DNA of 64,000 nucleotides from assembly GCA_902628335.1 (NCBI GenBank), contig CACOMO010000001.1, forward strand, positions 109,313 to 173,312, read 5' to 3'. Source of the DNA: an uncultured Gammaproteobacteria bacterium. GTDB lineage: Bacteria > Pseudomonadota > Gammaproteobacteria > GCA-002705445 > GCA-002716945. The position numbers and the translations under genes are program-made. Below, one piece after another: positions 50,943 to 61,865 of this stretch (position 1 is its first letter; each line of letters starts with the position of its first letter). The notes beneath the pieces are model-generated. The model was given only the letters and a program-made list of their open reading frames with translations. It searched no databases and was not told the DNA's origin.

Positions 50943-52238
50943 ATGAAATTTGAAACAATTGCTGTCCATGGAGGGTACTCACCTGAGCCAACTACAAATG
51001 CAGTGGCAGTGCCAATTTATCAGACAACTTCATATTCGTTCAGAGATACCCAACACGGTGCAGATTTATTCGATCTGAAAGAGGCGGGTAATATCTACAC
51101 TCGTATAATGAACCCAACTTCTGATGTGCTAGAAAACAGAGTAGCGGCACTCGAGGGGGGTGTTGGAGCCCTTGCTCTTGCATCAGGATCAGCAGCTACA
51201 ACTTACGCCATCATGACCATATGCGAGGCAGGAGATAATATAGTTAGCACCAGCACTTTATATGGAGGAACTTGGACATTATTTGCACATCAACTTCCTA
51301 GATTCGGAGTAGATGTAAAATTTGGTGATCATGACAAAATAGATCAGATGGAGAAGTTGATTGACTCAAAAACAAAAGCAATTTTTTGCGAGTCTATCGG
51401 TAATCCTGCTGCAAATGTGGTTGATGTTCCCAAGATGGCTAAACTCGCCCATAAACATAATATACCACTTATCGTAGACAACACTGTCCCAACACCATAC
51501 ATTTTTAGGCCCATTGAGCATGGTGCAGATATAGTTGTTCATTCTCTCACTAAATACATGGGGGGGCATGGTACAACAATTGGAGGGATCATAGTAGATT
51601 CAGGAAATTTCCCATGGGATAAAAATAAACGCAAATTTAAAAGATTAAATACACCCGATATGTCCTATCATGGCGTAGTGTTCACGGAGGCAGCTGGAAA
51701 AGCGGCATTTATCGTGGCTGCTAGAACTGTAGCGCTCAGAAACATGGGGGCAGCTATTTCTCCATTTAACAGCTTTCTGATACTTCAAGGGATTGAAAGT
51801 TTAGCGGTTAGGATGGATAGACATTGTGATAATGCTGTCAAAGTATCCAATTTCCTTTTAAAAAACCCAAATGTTACATGGGTCAATTATCCTGGGATTC
51901 CAAGTAGTCCAGATTTCCCTCTAGTCAAAAAAATTATGGGTGGGAAAGCCTCAAGTGTTCTAAGTTTTGGTATTAAAGGTGGGAGAGTTAACGGCGGTAA
52001 ATTCATTGATAATTTAAATCTTGTTACTAGACTAGTTAATATTGGTGATGCTAAATCATTAGCATGTCACCCTGCTTCAACAACTCATAGACAATTGTCA
52101 AAAAATGAACTCAAAAAAGCAGGTGTTCCAGAAGACCTAGTGAGGTTATCAATAGGGATAGAAAATATCGACGATATTATTGATGATTTATCACAAGCTC
52201 TCGATGCCGTGTTCAAAAAAAATAAGAAAAAGAAATAA
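50943..52238 (+). CDS. metY: O-acetylhomoserine aminocarboxypropyltransferase (sulfhydrylase), PLP-dependent
   Basis: 431 aa with NPTSDVLENRVAALEGG and the PLP-Lys context HSLTKYMGGHG. Preceded by an SD (AAGGGG). Confidence 0.88.
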   Translation: MKFETIAVHGGYSPEPTTNAVAVPIYQTTSYSFRDTQHGADLFDLKEAGNIYTRIMNPTSDVLENRVAALEGGVGALALASGSAATTYAIMTICEAGDNIVSTSTLYGGTWTLFAHQLPRFGVDVKFGDHDKIDQMEKLIDSKTKAIFCESIGNPAANVVDVPKMAKLAHKHNIPLIVDNTVPTPYIFRPIEHGADIVVHSLTKYMGGHGTTIGGIIVDSGNFPWDKNKRKFKRLNTPDMSYHGVVFTEAAGKAAFIVAARTVALRNMGAAISPFNSFLILQGIESLAVRMDRHCDNAVKVSNFLLKNPNVTWVNYPGIPSSPDFPLVKKIMGGKASSVLSFGIKGGRVNGGKFIDNLNLVTRLVNIGDAKSLACHPASTTHRQLSKNELKKAGVPEDLVRLSIGIENIDDIIDDLSQALDAVFKKNKKKK

Positions 52239-54044
<1,806 letters not shown>

Positions 54045-54093
54045 TCATGTTTTAATTGACTTATGCTACAACAATACTAAACTTACCAATGAA

Positions 54094-54732
54094 ATGAAAG
54101 AACTGAATAGCAACGATGATAAAATCAAGAATTATATGAGAACATTTAATATAATCGATGAGAATGTGCTCGATGTAATTTGTGATGTAAGAAAAGAAAT
54201 TTTTGCTCCTAATGAATACAAATCTTTTGCTTATTCAGATTTTCAAATCCCTCTTGACCACTCTGAATTTATGCTAACATCAAATGTTGAAGGTACGATT
54301 TTACAGGCTATGAAAATATCAAATAATGACTCTGCTGTAATTCTAGGTTCAGGTACAGGTTATTTAGCTGCTTGTGTTTCGAGATTAGCAAACAAAGTCT
54401 TGGCTATTGACATATATGATGATTTTGTTCGTTACTCCAGAAAAAATTGCACTGATAATGGGATCAATAATATTGATTTTGAATGTAAAGATGTTAATAA
54501 TTCTTGGGAAATAATAAAGAATTTTAGCATAATAATAACAACTTTTAGCATTGAATCACCAGATGTTATTACAAATAATATGTCGAATAACTCCAGAGCT
54601 TTCATATTTACGGGTGAGCGAAATTCCCCTATAAAATCTGGTAAAATCATTTCCAAAACAGAAAATAATGGGTACACTAGAGAACATATTATACAAACAA
54701 ACGTGAAACACATAATCAAAGGAATGAATTAA
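54094..54732 (+). CDS. Protein-L-isoaspartate O-methyltransferase-family protein
   Basis: 212 aa with SAM motif VILGSGTGYLAACVS. It is the kind of PCMT-like gene found next to tolC in several gammaproteobacteria. Confidence 0.65.
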   Translation: MKELNSNDDKIKNYMRTFNIIDENVLDVICDVRKEIFAPNEYKSFAYSDFQIPLDHSEFMLTSNVEGTILQAMKISNNDSAVILGSGTGYLAACVSRLANKVLAIDIYDDFVRYSRKNCTDNGINNIDFECKDVNNSWEIIKNFSIIITTFSIESPDVITNNMSNNSRAFIFTGERNSPIKSGKIISKTENNGYTREHIIQTNVKHIIKGMN

Positions 54733-54733
54733 A

Positions 54734-55060
54734 ATGATTGAAAAAACACCTGAGGAAATTAAACAATTAATTGATGATAAAGAAGAAGTAAAAATTATTG
54801 ATGTTAGAGAAGATTGGGAATACGAGATATGTCATCTCGATAATTCAATTCATATACCGTTACTTCAAGTAGAAGAAAAAGCAGAAACACTAAATAAAGA
54901 GGATACACACATAATAGTATGTCACCATGGAATTAGAAGCAGAATGATTGGAAAATATCTTGAGGGCGTAGGATTCAAAAATATAATTAATCTGTCTACC
55001 GGTTTAGAAGGCTGGGCAAATGACGTCGACAAATCGATGAAAAAATATGAGCGTAAATAA
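54734..55060 (+). CDS. Single-domain rhodanese sulfurtransferase (GlpE-like)
   Basis: 108 aa with the active-site loop VCHHGIRS. Confidence 0.8.
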   Translation: MIEKTPEEIKQLIDDKEEVKIIDVREDWEYEICHLDNSIHIPLLQVEEKAETLNKEDTHIIVCHHGIRSRMIGKYLEGVGFKNIINLSTGLEGWANDVDKSMKKYERK

Positions 55061-56360
55061 AAATTATCTAAATATATTATTTTTATTGTTATTAACTAAC
55101 AATGCTCATGCTGCTGATCTAGTAGATGTGTATAAGAGAGCTCTTCAATACAATCATGATTACAGGATTATCAAAAATGATAGGGAGATATCAATACAAC
55201 AATATAATCAAACTGCAGCTTCTATATTGCCAGAAATTAATTTTCAGGCTGGGACGACAGAAACCAGCATAAATCGATATATTGGTCCAGGAGACAATAC
55301 TGATTTTAATACTGATAGCTATAGCCTAACACTCCAGCAACCTATATTTCGTCTGGCTTTTTTTGATGAATTAGAAAAATCTGATGCAATTACACAAAAA
55401 TCTCAAAAGCAATTATCATTACAAAAGAAAAGGATTACAATAAAAACTACAGAACTCTATTTCAAGCTTATCTCTTATTCTAATTATCTTCGAGAAAAGA
55501 ACGAGCTTTTAAAGCTCTCAGAAAAAAAATTTTCTAATGCGAGTAAATTATATTCTAATGGCTCAATTACAGAAACCGAGTTTCTAAAATACAAATCTGA
55601 TGTTGAGTCATCTAGGATCTCTCAGGAAATGGCACAAAATGATCAAGAAAATGCAAGAAGAGATCTATACATTTTTGTCGGTAAAAAAATATCAGATGTT
55701 CACAGTGTAGATACAGAAATTGAGATATTAAATAATCAATATGAAGTGTCCAATGTACTTAAACAGGCGATCTCAAAATATGAAATTATACAAATAGCTA
55801 ATTATGACTTAGACATCTCGCAAAATACATTTGAATCAAATAAATCTCAACATTTTCCTACTCTAGATCTGATTGCATCTTACGACTACACTGATGTCAC
55901 AGGCGGGGCAAGGTTTGGAGCAAACAAAAGAGAATCTAGCTCTATCGGATTAACGATGACACTCCCTATTTATCAGGGAGGTTACCAATCAGCAAAAGTA
56001 AATGAATCAAGATACAGATTAGAAAATGCTCAGATCAAATACGAACAAACACTCAAAATATTAGAAAAAGAAATTTCTGATAAGATCGCAAAATATAGTA
56101 TACAAAGAAGCCTAGTGCATAATAAAAAAGAAAAATATGACTTGTATAATCTAAAATATGTTGCAGCTAAAGAAGGATTCAGAACGGGAGTTTACACAGA
56201 TACCGAGCTACAACAATCCAGAATAGAGTTAATTAACGCAAAAAATAGGTATGTTGACTCTATTTTGAATTTTATTTTACTAGACCTAGATATTAAGCAG
56301 TATACATCTGAGATTGGGATTGATGAAATCAAAGAAATAAACTCAATATTGGTCTGGTAA
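55047..56360 (+). CDS. tolC: TolC-family outer-membrane channel
   Basis: 437 aa with a signal peptide (LLLLTNNAHA), the N-terminal motif DLVDVYKRALQYNHDY and a two-repeat OEP architecture. Confidence 0.8.
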   Translation: MSVNKNYLNILFLLLLTNNAHAADLVDVYKRALQYNHDYRIIKNDREISIQQYNQTAASILPEINFQAGTTETSINRYIGPGDNTDFNTDSYSLTLQQPIFRLAFFDELEKSDAITQKSQKQLSLQKKRITIKTTELYFKLISYSNYLREKNELLKLSEKKFSNASKLYSNGSITETEFLKYKSDVESSRISQEMAQNDQENARRDLYIFVGKKISDVHSVDTEIEILNNQYEVSNVLKQAISKYEIIQIANYDLDISQNTFESNKSQHFPTLDLIASYDYTDVTGGARFGANKRESSSIGLTMTLPIYQGGYQSAKVNESRYRLENAQIKYEQTLKILEKEISDKIAKYSIQRSLVHNKKEKYDLYNLKYVAAKEGFRTGVYTDTELQQSRIELINAKNRYVDSILNFILLDLDIKQYTSEIGIDEIKEINSILVW

Positions 56361-56373
56361 ATAAAAGTTCTAA

Positions 56374-57597
56374 ATGTTTTTATACAACCTACTAGTTTAT
56401 ATCCTCTCACCAATTATAATTATTAAAATTCTCCTAGATTCTTTACAAAGAAATAATAATAGTAATTTTATAAGACAGAGGCTAGGCTTACTTTCATTCG
56501 AAATCAATAATGATACCATCTGGCTTCATGCATCATCTGTGGGAGAGACTAAAATAGCATTAAAACTATTGAAAATTTTCAGGGAGAGAAATTTAAACGA
56601 TAAAATTGTCATAACTACTACAACAAAATCATCCAAGTCAATATTAGATAAATCAAATCAGGATTTCAAACACTATTACCTCCCGTTTGATTTTCTTTTC
56701 ACTATGAACAGATTTATTAAAGCAATCAATCCTAAAATCTGTATAATTATGGAAACAGAAATTTGGCCAAACATGATCCAGATATGTGCTAAACAGAAAA
56801 CGCCTATAATTATTGTTAATGCTCGCTTATCAAAAAAAACCCTTAATTCAAATAAAATTATTAAGAAAATATATGCAAATACTTTAAACCTTGTAAATGG
56901 TATATATTGCAAATCTGAGCGAGAAAAAGAAAAATATCTTCTACTTGGTGCTAGTCAAAATAAGGTATCTGTTTTAGGTAATATAAAACTTTGCGAGTCA
57001 CCTAATAAAATTGAAAACGCGAGACCAATTGAGAGAAAATACGTCCTTGCTGCGTCAACTCATCCTGGCGAGGAAAGACAAATTATTACTGAGTGGCTTA
57101 AAATTAATGATAAGAGAACATTGCTGGTTGTTGTTCCAAGACATCCAGAAAGGTTGGGAGACATCCTATCCGATATACCTCTAAGCTTAGTACGAATTGC
57201 AATAAGAAGTAAAAAAGATAAAATTCGAAATAATACGCAAATATATATTGCAGATACTATTGGAGAACTTGAGGATTTTATGCAACATTGTGAATTTGTA
57301 TTTATGGGTGGATCACTTGTCGATCATGGCGGACAGAATTTTCTTGAGGCAGCGTCTCTAGGCAAATCAATTATAGTAGGACCATACATGTATAATTTTA
57401 TTGATGAAACAGAGGAATTTCTTAAAAATAATTCTATGATCATGGTCAAGAACTCAAAATCACTTAAACATGTTTTCGAAAGACTCCTCAAATCTAAACA
57501 AAGAAGAGATTTATTTGGAATTAATGCTGTGAACCTTTTAAAGAAAAAAACAAAAGTTTTAGATGACTATTACTTGATGATTAGAAAGTATATTTAG
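56374..57597 (+). CDS. waaA: 3-deoxy-D-manno-octulosonic acid (Kdo) transferase
   Basis: 407 aa with an N-terminal anchor, IWLHASSVGE and METEIWPN motifs. Confidence 0.9.
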   Translation: MFLYNLLVYILSPIIIIKILLDSLQRNNNSNFIRQRLGLLSFEINNDTIWLHASSVGETKIALKLLKIFRERNLNDKIVITTTTKSSKSILDKSNQDFKHYYLPFDFLFTMNRFIKAINPKICIIMETEIWPNMIQICAKQKTPIIIVNARLSKKTLNSNKIIKKIYANTLNLVNGIYCKSEREKEKYLLLGASQNKVSVLGNIKLCESPNKIENARPIERKYVLAASTHPGEERQIITEWLKINDKRTLLVVVPRHPERLGDILSDIPLSLVRIAIRSKKDKIRNNTQIYIADTIGELEDFMQHCEFVFMGGSLVDHGGQNFLEAASLGKSIIVGPYMYNFIDETEEFLKNNSMIMVKNSKSLKHVFERLLKSKQRRDLFGINAVNLLKKKTKVLDDYYLMIRKYI

Positions 57598-57603
57598 AAA
57601 CTT

Positions 57604-58323
57604 TTACATTGACGAGTACCCTTCAAGAAGTGATTTCCAGTATTTATTCAAATGATCTCTGAAGCCTAATTTTATAAGTGATTGCCTCAGTCTTGATAAA
57701 TTTTTTCTCATAAGCCTAGGAAAAAGTCTCTGACTGATCCCAATCAATGATTTATCAAAATCAATTATATAAATATTAGATATATCAACTGATGAACTAT
57801 TGTATTTATCTAATGGTACTTCATTTACTTTTACTAAGATGTTATGGGCATTTAGGTCTCCATGATAGACACTCAACCTGTGCATTAACGATATTTGTTG
57901 TCCAATGCTAGCAAAAAGTTCATGATGTGCATTATTTTTAATATATTCAGATAACGTAACAGTATCTTTTAATCTCTCAACAATTAAACTTGCTTTATAA
58001 ATTATAATATTTTCATTTGTTATCCATCCTATTATGGGTTTACAAGTATTAAAATTATTTTTATATAAAAAATTAAGGATATAAAATTCAGCATAAGATC
58101 GAGTTTTTGTTAATCCAAAAAGTGGTGTCATATATTTATCACCTAAAAATGTCATAAGTCCCTTTCGTATGAAATGCTTTTTTATCCACATTTCATCGTT
58201 AATAACCTCAATATTCAAATTTTGATCTTTACTATGAACTACATCATTTATTAGCTCATTGACGTCTAAATCAATGTCTTCATCATAAAAAATGATGTTA
58301 TTATGAATTTTTTTGATTATCAT
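57604..58323 (-). CDS. kdkA: Kdo kinase (KdkA / LPS-kinase family)
   Basis: About 239 aa with the kinase catalytic loop HGDLNAHNILV and IIDFDKS. Adjacent to waaA. The start is set at ATG 58323, with 58356 as an alternative. Confidence 0.68.
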   Translation of the reverse strand: MIIKKIHNNIIFYDEDIDLDVNELINDVVHSKDQNLNIEVINDEMWIKKHFIRKGLMTFLGDKYMTPLFGLTKTRSYAEFYILNFLYKNNFNTCKPIIGWITNENIIIYKASLIVERLKDTVTLSEYIKNNAHHELFASIGQQISLMHRLSVYHGDLNAHNILVKVNEVPLDKYNSSSVDISNIYIIDFDKSLIGISQRLFPRLMRKNLSRLRQSLIKLGFRDHLNKYWKSLLEGYSSM

Positions 58324-58332
58324 AAATATTGC

Positions 58333-59367
58333 ATGTACAAAGAAAAGTGCCCTCAAAAATCTATATGTCTCTTAAGGTTATCCTCCTTAGGAGATGTTAC
58401 TCATATGATCCCTATTATAAATACATTAAAAGAAGAGAATCATAAAACAAATATTACATGGATTATTAATAAAACAGAATATGAATTAGTCAAAAATATT
58501 GAAAATATTAACTTTATTGTTATAGATAAACAGAATCTATTTAAAAGCCTCAAACAATTATATAAGTTGAGAAGATCAGTAACTTTCGACATTTTTCTTC
58601 ATATGCAAGTTTCTTTAAGATCAAATATATTGAGTATGATAATAAAAGCAAATAGAAAAATCGGCTATAATAAGTCTCTATCAAAAAATCTTCACTCCCT
58701 ACTCAACTATGAAGAAATTGAATGTGAGAGAGATGTCCATGTTCTGGATAATTTTTTTTGTTTTTTGAAGAAGATTTCTATCAATAAAAGAAAACTAGAT
58801 TGGTCTGTAAATATTATAAAAAACAATTTACAAAAAAAATTACTAGATTCTAAGTATACAGTAATAAATCCATTTACAAGCTCACGTAGATTCAATTATA
58901 GAGAATGGGATTTAGAGAATTATAAGATTATCTCAGAATTTTTATACAATAAATATCAAACAAGAACAGTAGTTGTTGGGGGTTCAAGTGAATATGAAAT
59001 GAAAAAGTCTAAAACTTTTTGTGGTGTGCACTACATTGAAAATTTTGTTGGCAAAACTAATTTGGAAGAATTATACAACATACTTAAAAACTGCCACACA
59101 TACATTGGTCCTGATTCAGGCACTCTTCATATTGCATCAATGCTTAATAAACCTGTAATTGGTTTATATGCAACCTCTAATCCTAAGAGAACAGGTCCTT
59201 ATCAAAACATGGAATACACAATAAATAAATATACAGATGCATTAAAGACATTTGAGAATAAAAGTGAAGATGATGTTAAGTGGGGCTTTAGGGTTAGGAA
59301 TAAAAAAGCGATGTCTTTAATCAAAATTGATGATGTTAAAACTATGATTGATAAGGTTATGACTTGA
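58333..59367 (+). CDS. Glycosyltransferase family 9 (LPS heptosyltransferase)
   Basis: Has a GT9 N-terminus (ICLLRLSSLGDVTHMIPII) and the C-terminal GPDSGTLHIASML. The start is set at ATG 58333, with the track start at 58303. Confidence 0.8.
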   Translation: MYKEKCPQKSICLLRLSSLGDVTHMIPIINTLKEENHKTNITWIINKTEYELVKNIENINFIVIDKQNLFKSLKQLYKLRRSVTFDIFLHMQVSLRSNILSMIIKANRKIGYNKSLSKNLHSLLNYEEIECERDVHVLDNFFCFLKKISINKRKLDWSVNIIKNNLQKKLLDSKYTVINPFTSSRRFNYREWDLENYKIISEFLYNKYQTRTVVVGGSSEYEMKKSKTFCGVHYIENFVGKTNLEELYNILKNCHTYIGPDSGTLHIASMLNKPVIGLYATSNPKRTGPYQNMEYTINKYTDALKTFENKSEDDVKWGFRVRNKKAMSLIKIDDVKTMIDKVMT

Positions 59368-59848
59368 TATTATCTAATTTGTTGATTAAATCTGTTGTTG
59401 ATTTCCCTTCTACCAAATCTACTAGGATAATTTTTTTACCAATCTTCTCAAGACATACTTGCCCAGCTACATACTTGTCCTTATAATCGGCACCCTTAAC
59501 AAGAATATCTGGAAGAATTGAACAAATTATCTCTTCTGGTGTCTTCTCATTAAAAATAATGATATGATCCACATTTTCAACAGCAGATAGTACATGTGCC
59601 CTGTCAATCTCATTATTAATTGGTCTTTTGTTACCTTTATTTAATTTGACTGATGAATCACTGTTCAAAGCTACAATTAGAAGATCTCCTAATCTCCTTG
59701 CTTCGTTCAGAAGAAAAATATGACCTGTATGTAAGATATCAAAACAACCATTTGTCATTACAATTTTTTTTCCATTCTCCCTGTAGTCATTGCATAATCT
59801 GACAAGACTATTTAGAGAAGTGATTAGTTTGTCATTGTTTTGATACAC
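59357..59848 (-). CDS. hldC: D-glycero-beta-D-manno-heptose-1-phosphate adenylyltransferase (HldE domain II as a separate protein)
   Basis: 163 aa cytidylyltransferase fold with NGCFDILHTGH. Confidence 0.85.
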   Translation of the reverse strand: MYQNNDKLITSLNSLVRLCNDYRENGKKIVMTNGCFDILHTGHIFLLNEARRLGDLLIVALNSDSSVKLNKGNKRPINNEIDRAHVLSAVENVDHIIIFNEKTPEEIICSILPDILVKGADYKDKYVAGQVCLEKIGKKIILVDLVEGKSTTDLINKLDNIKS

Positions 59849-60758
59849 TTTCTAACTCATTTTGACTGACACTTGTAGATCCTAACTTCAATACAGATAG
59901 GCTAGCGGCAATATTTGATAATCTTACTGATTCCGTCACGTCCTCTCCTGCAATAATACATGAAGACAAAATTGAAATTACGGTATCTCCTGCCCCAGTT
60001 ACATCAAAAACGTCTTTTTTAATAGAATCAAAAAATTGTACTCCCTCCTCAGAGAATAATGTCATACCATCCTTACCTCTCGTAACCAGCAAATATTTTA
60101 TTTTTAACTGATCTCTCAGTTTTTTCCCATTATCCTCGAACTCGGCTGAATTTTTTGATTTACCCATAATTAGTTCGAATTCAGATAAGTTGGGTTTTAT
60201 TAATGTTGATGATTTATAAACGTTAAAATCACTCCCTTTAGGATCTACGAATGTCATTAGTCCAAGATCATTAGCGTCTCGAATAATGCCACGAATAATA
60301 GGTTTAACGACACCTTTGTCATAATCAGAAATTACTATACCGTCACAACTTTTTAAATGTTCTTTTATATTCTCATATGCACTCTTCATTTTATCTGAGA
60401 TATTAACATCCTCATGATCAATACGAAGAAGTTGTTGATTCTGATCAATTACTCTCAATTTCAAAGTTGTTCTTATTTTTGTATCAATGATCGGGTAGAA
60501 AGTAATATTTGTTTCAGAAATTATAGATTTTAGTGAATCACTTATCTCATCATCGCCAACTAAGCCTACGAGAATAACGTCCATACCAAAATCAGCTAGA
60601 TTTTTTGCTACATTTGCAGCTCCACCAGGTTTATCAAAAGTTTCTGTAATATCAACAACTGGAACAGGTGCCTCTGGTGATATCCTATTAACTTGACCTG
60701 TCCAATATCTGTCTAACATTACATCGCCAAGAACTAATATTTTCTTTCTTTTAATCAT
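59832..60758 (-). CDS. hldA: D-glycero-beta-D-manno-heptose-7-phosphate kinase (HldE domain I as a separate protein)
   Basis: 308 aa PfkB/ribokinase fold with VLGDVMLDRYW and TGAGDTV. Overlaps hldC by 17 nt. Confidence 0.85.
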   Translation of the reverse strand: MIKRKKILVLGDVMLDRYWTGQVNRISPEAPVPVVDITETFDKPGGAANVAKNLADFGMDVILVGLVGDDEISDSLKSIISETNITFYPIIDTKIRTTLKLRVIDQNQQLLRIDHEDVNISDKMKSAYENIKEHLKSCDGIVISDYDKGVVKPIIRGIIRDANDLGLMTFVDPKGSDFNVYKSSTLIKPNLSEFELIMGKSKNSAEFEDNGKKLRDQLKIKYLLVTRGKDGMTLFSEEGVQFFDSIKKDVFDVTGAGDTVISILSSCIIAGEDVTESVRLSNIAASLSVLKLGSTSVSQNELESVSKQ

Positions 60759-60770
60759 AGATAGGATAGA

Positions 60771-61691
60771 TCAAACTAAACTCAACCAGTTATTATATTT
60801 TGAGATTTTACCATGAATCAAATCAAAGTAACTACTCTGAAGTTTTTTCGTTATGGGTCCTGGCTTCCCATTAGCAATAGATCGATCATTTACCTGTATA
60901 ATTGGCGTGACCTCTGCTGCTGTGCCCGTGAAAAAAGCCTCGTCACAATCGAATACCTCTTCAGTCTTGATCATTCGTTCTTCGGTTTGAATGTTAAGGT
61001 CTTTTGCTATATCGATTATTGTTTTTCTTGTAATTCCATCTAGAACCGTTACTAGATCAGGTGTGATAAGCTTATTATCTTTTACAAGAAAAAAATTTTC
61101 GCCCGACCCTTCATTAACAGAATCATCTGAACCAAGAATTAATGCTTCATCAAAACCGGATTTAAGCGCATCCGTAAGGGCTAACATCGAATTAAGATAG
61201 TTGCCAGTAGCTTTAGCTTTATAAAGCATAGCTTCTGGCTCTCTCTTTGGAAACTGAGAAATTTTAACTTTTATCCCATTGGTAATTTTTTCTGCCCCAA
61301 GATAAGGTCCCCAGTCCCATGATGCAATAGCAACATGAACTTTCAGATTGTCCGCACGTAAACCCATCCCCTCATTACCATAAAAACAAATTGGTCTGAT
61401 GTATGCATTCTCAAGTTTATTTGCTTTAACAGATTCTTTTTGAATATTCATTAACTCGTCTTGAGAGTAAGGAATGTCCATTCCTATGAGACGAGCGGAC
61501 TGAAAAAGCCTCTCGGTGTGATCTTGTAATCTAAAAATACATGTCCCCTCATCTGTTTTATATGCTCTGACACCTTCAAAAACACCAGTTCCATAATGTA
61601 ATGTGTGAGTGAGAACATGGATATTTGCATCTTTCCAATCACAGAAAGCTCCATCAAGCCATATTTTCCCTTTAATATCAGAAATTATCAT
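60771..61691 (-). CDS. ilvE: Branched-chain-amino-acid aminotransferase (class IV)
   Basis: 306 aa with HYGTGVFEGVRAY and the EGSGENFF motif. Confidence 0.9.
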   Translation of the reverse strand: MIISDIKGKIWLDGAFCDWKDANIHVLTHTLHYGTGVFEGVRAYKTDEGTCIFRLQDHTERLFQSARLIGMDIPYSQDELMNIQKESVKANKLENAYIRPICFYGNEGMGLRADNLKVHVAIASWDWGPYLGAEKITNGIKVKISQFPKREPEAMLYKAKATGNYLNSMLALTDALKSGFDEALILGSDDSVNEGSGENFFLVKDNKLITPDLVTVLDGITRKTIIDIAKDLNIQTEERMIKTEEVFDCDEAFFTGTAAEVTPIIQVNDRSIANGKPGPITKKLQSSYFDLIHGKISKYNNWLSLV

Positions 61692-61820
61692 TAGTTTTTA
61701 GCGACATATAAATGAAAAGCATATCATGTCTTAAATCTCGAAAGTACTTCTATTTTTAATAAAATTATTACGCAAATTATGCTTTCTTGTATATTTTTAA
61801 TTAGATTTTTTGGTGTATAA

Positions 61821-61835
61821 TGAGAATCATTCTCA
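61821..61835. promoter_or_regulatory. Fur box (7-1-7 TGAGAAT C ATTCTCA) overlapping a TATAAT -10 element
   Basis: AATGAGAATCATTCTCATT (61819-61837) is a perfect 9-1-9 palindrome. Its core differs from the TGATAATnATTATCA consensus by one base per arm. TATAAT sits at 61816-61821. The site lies 30-50 nt upstream of an Fe(3+) ABC binding-protein gene. Confidence 0.7.
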
Positions 61836-61865
61836 TTTTTAAGCTGTAATTTGCTCGGAGGCAAT

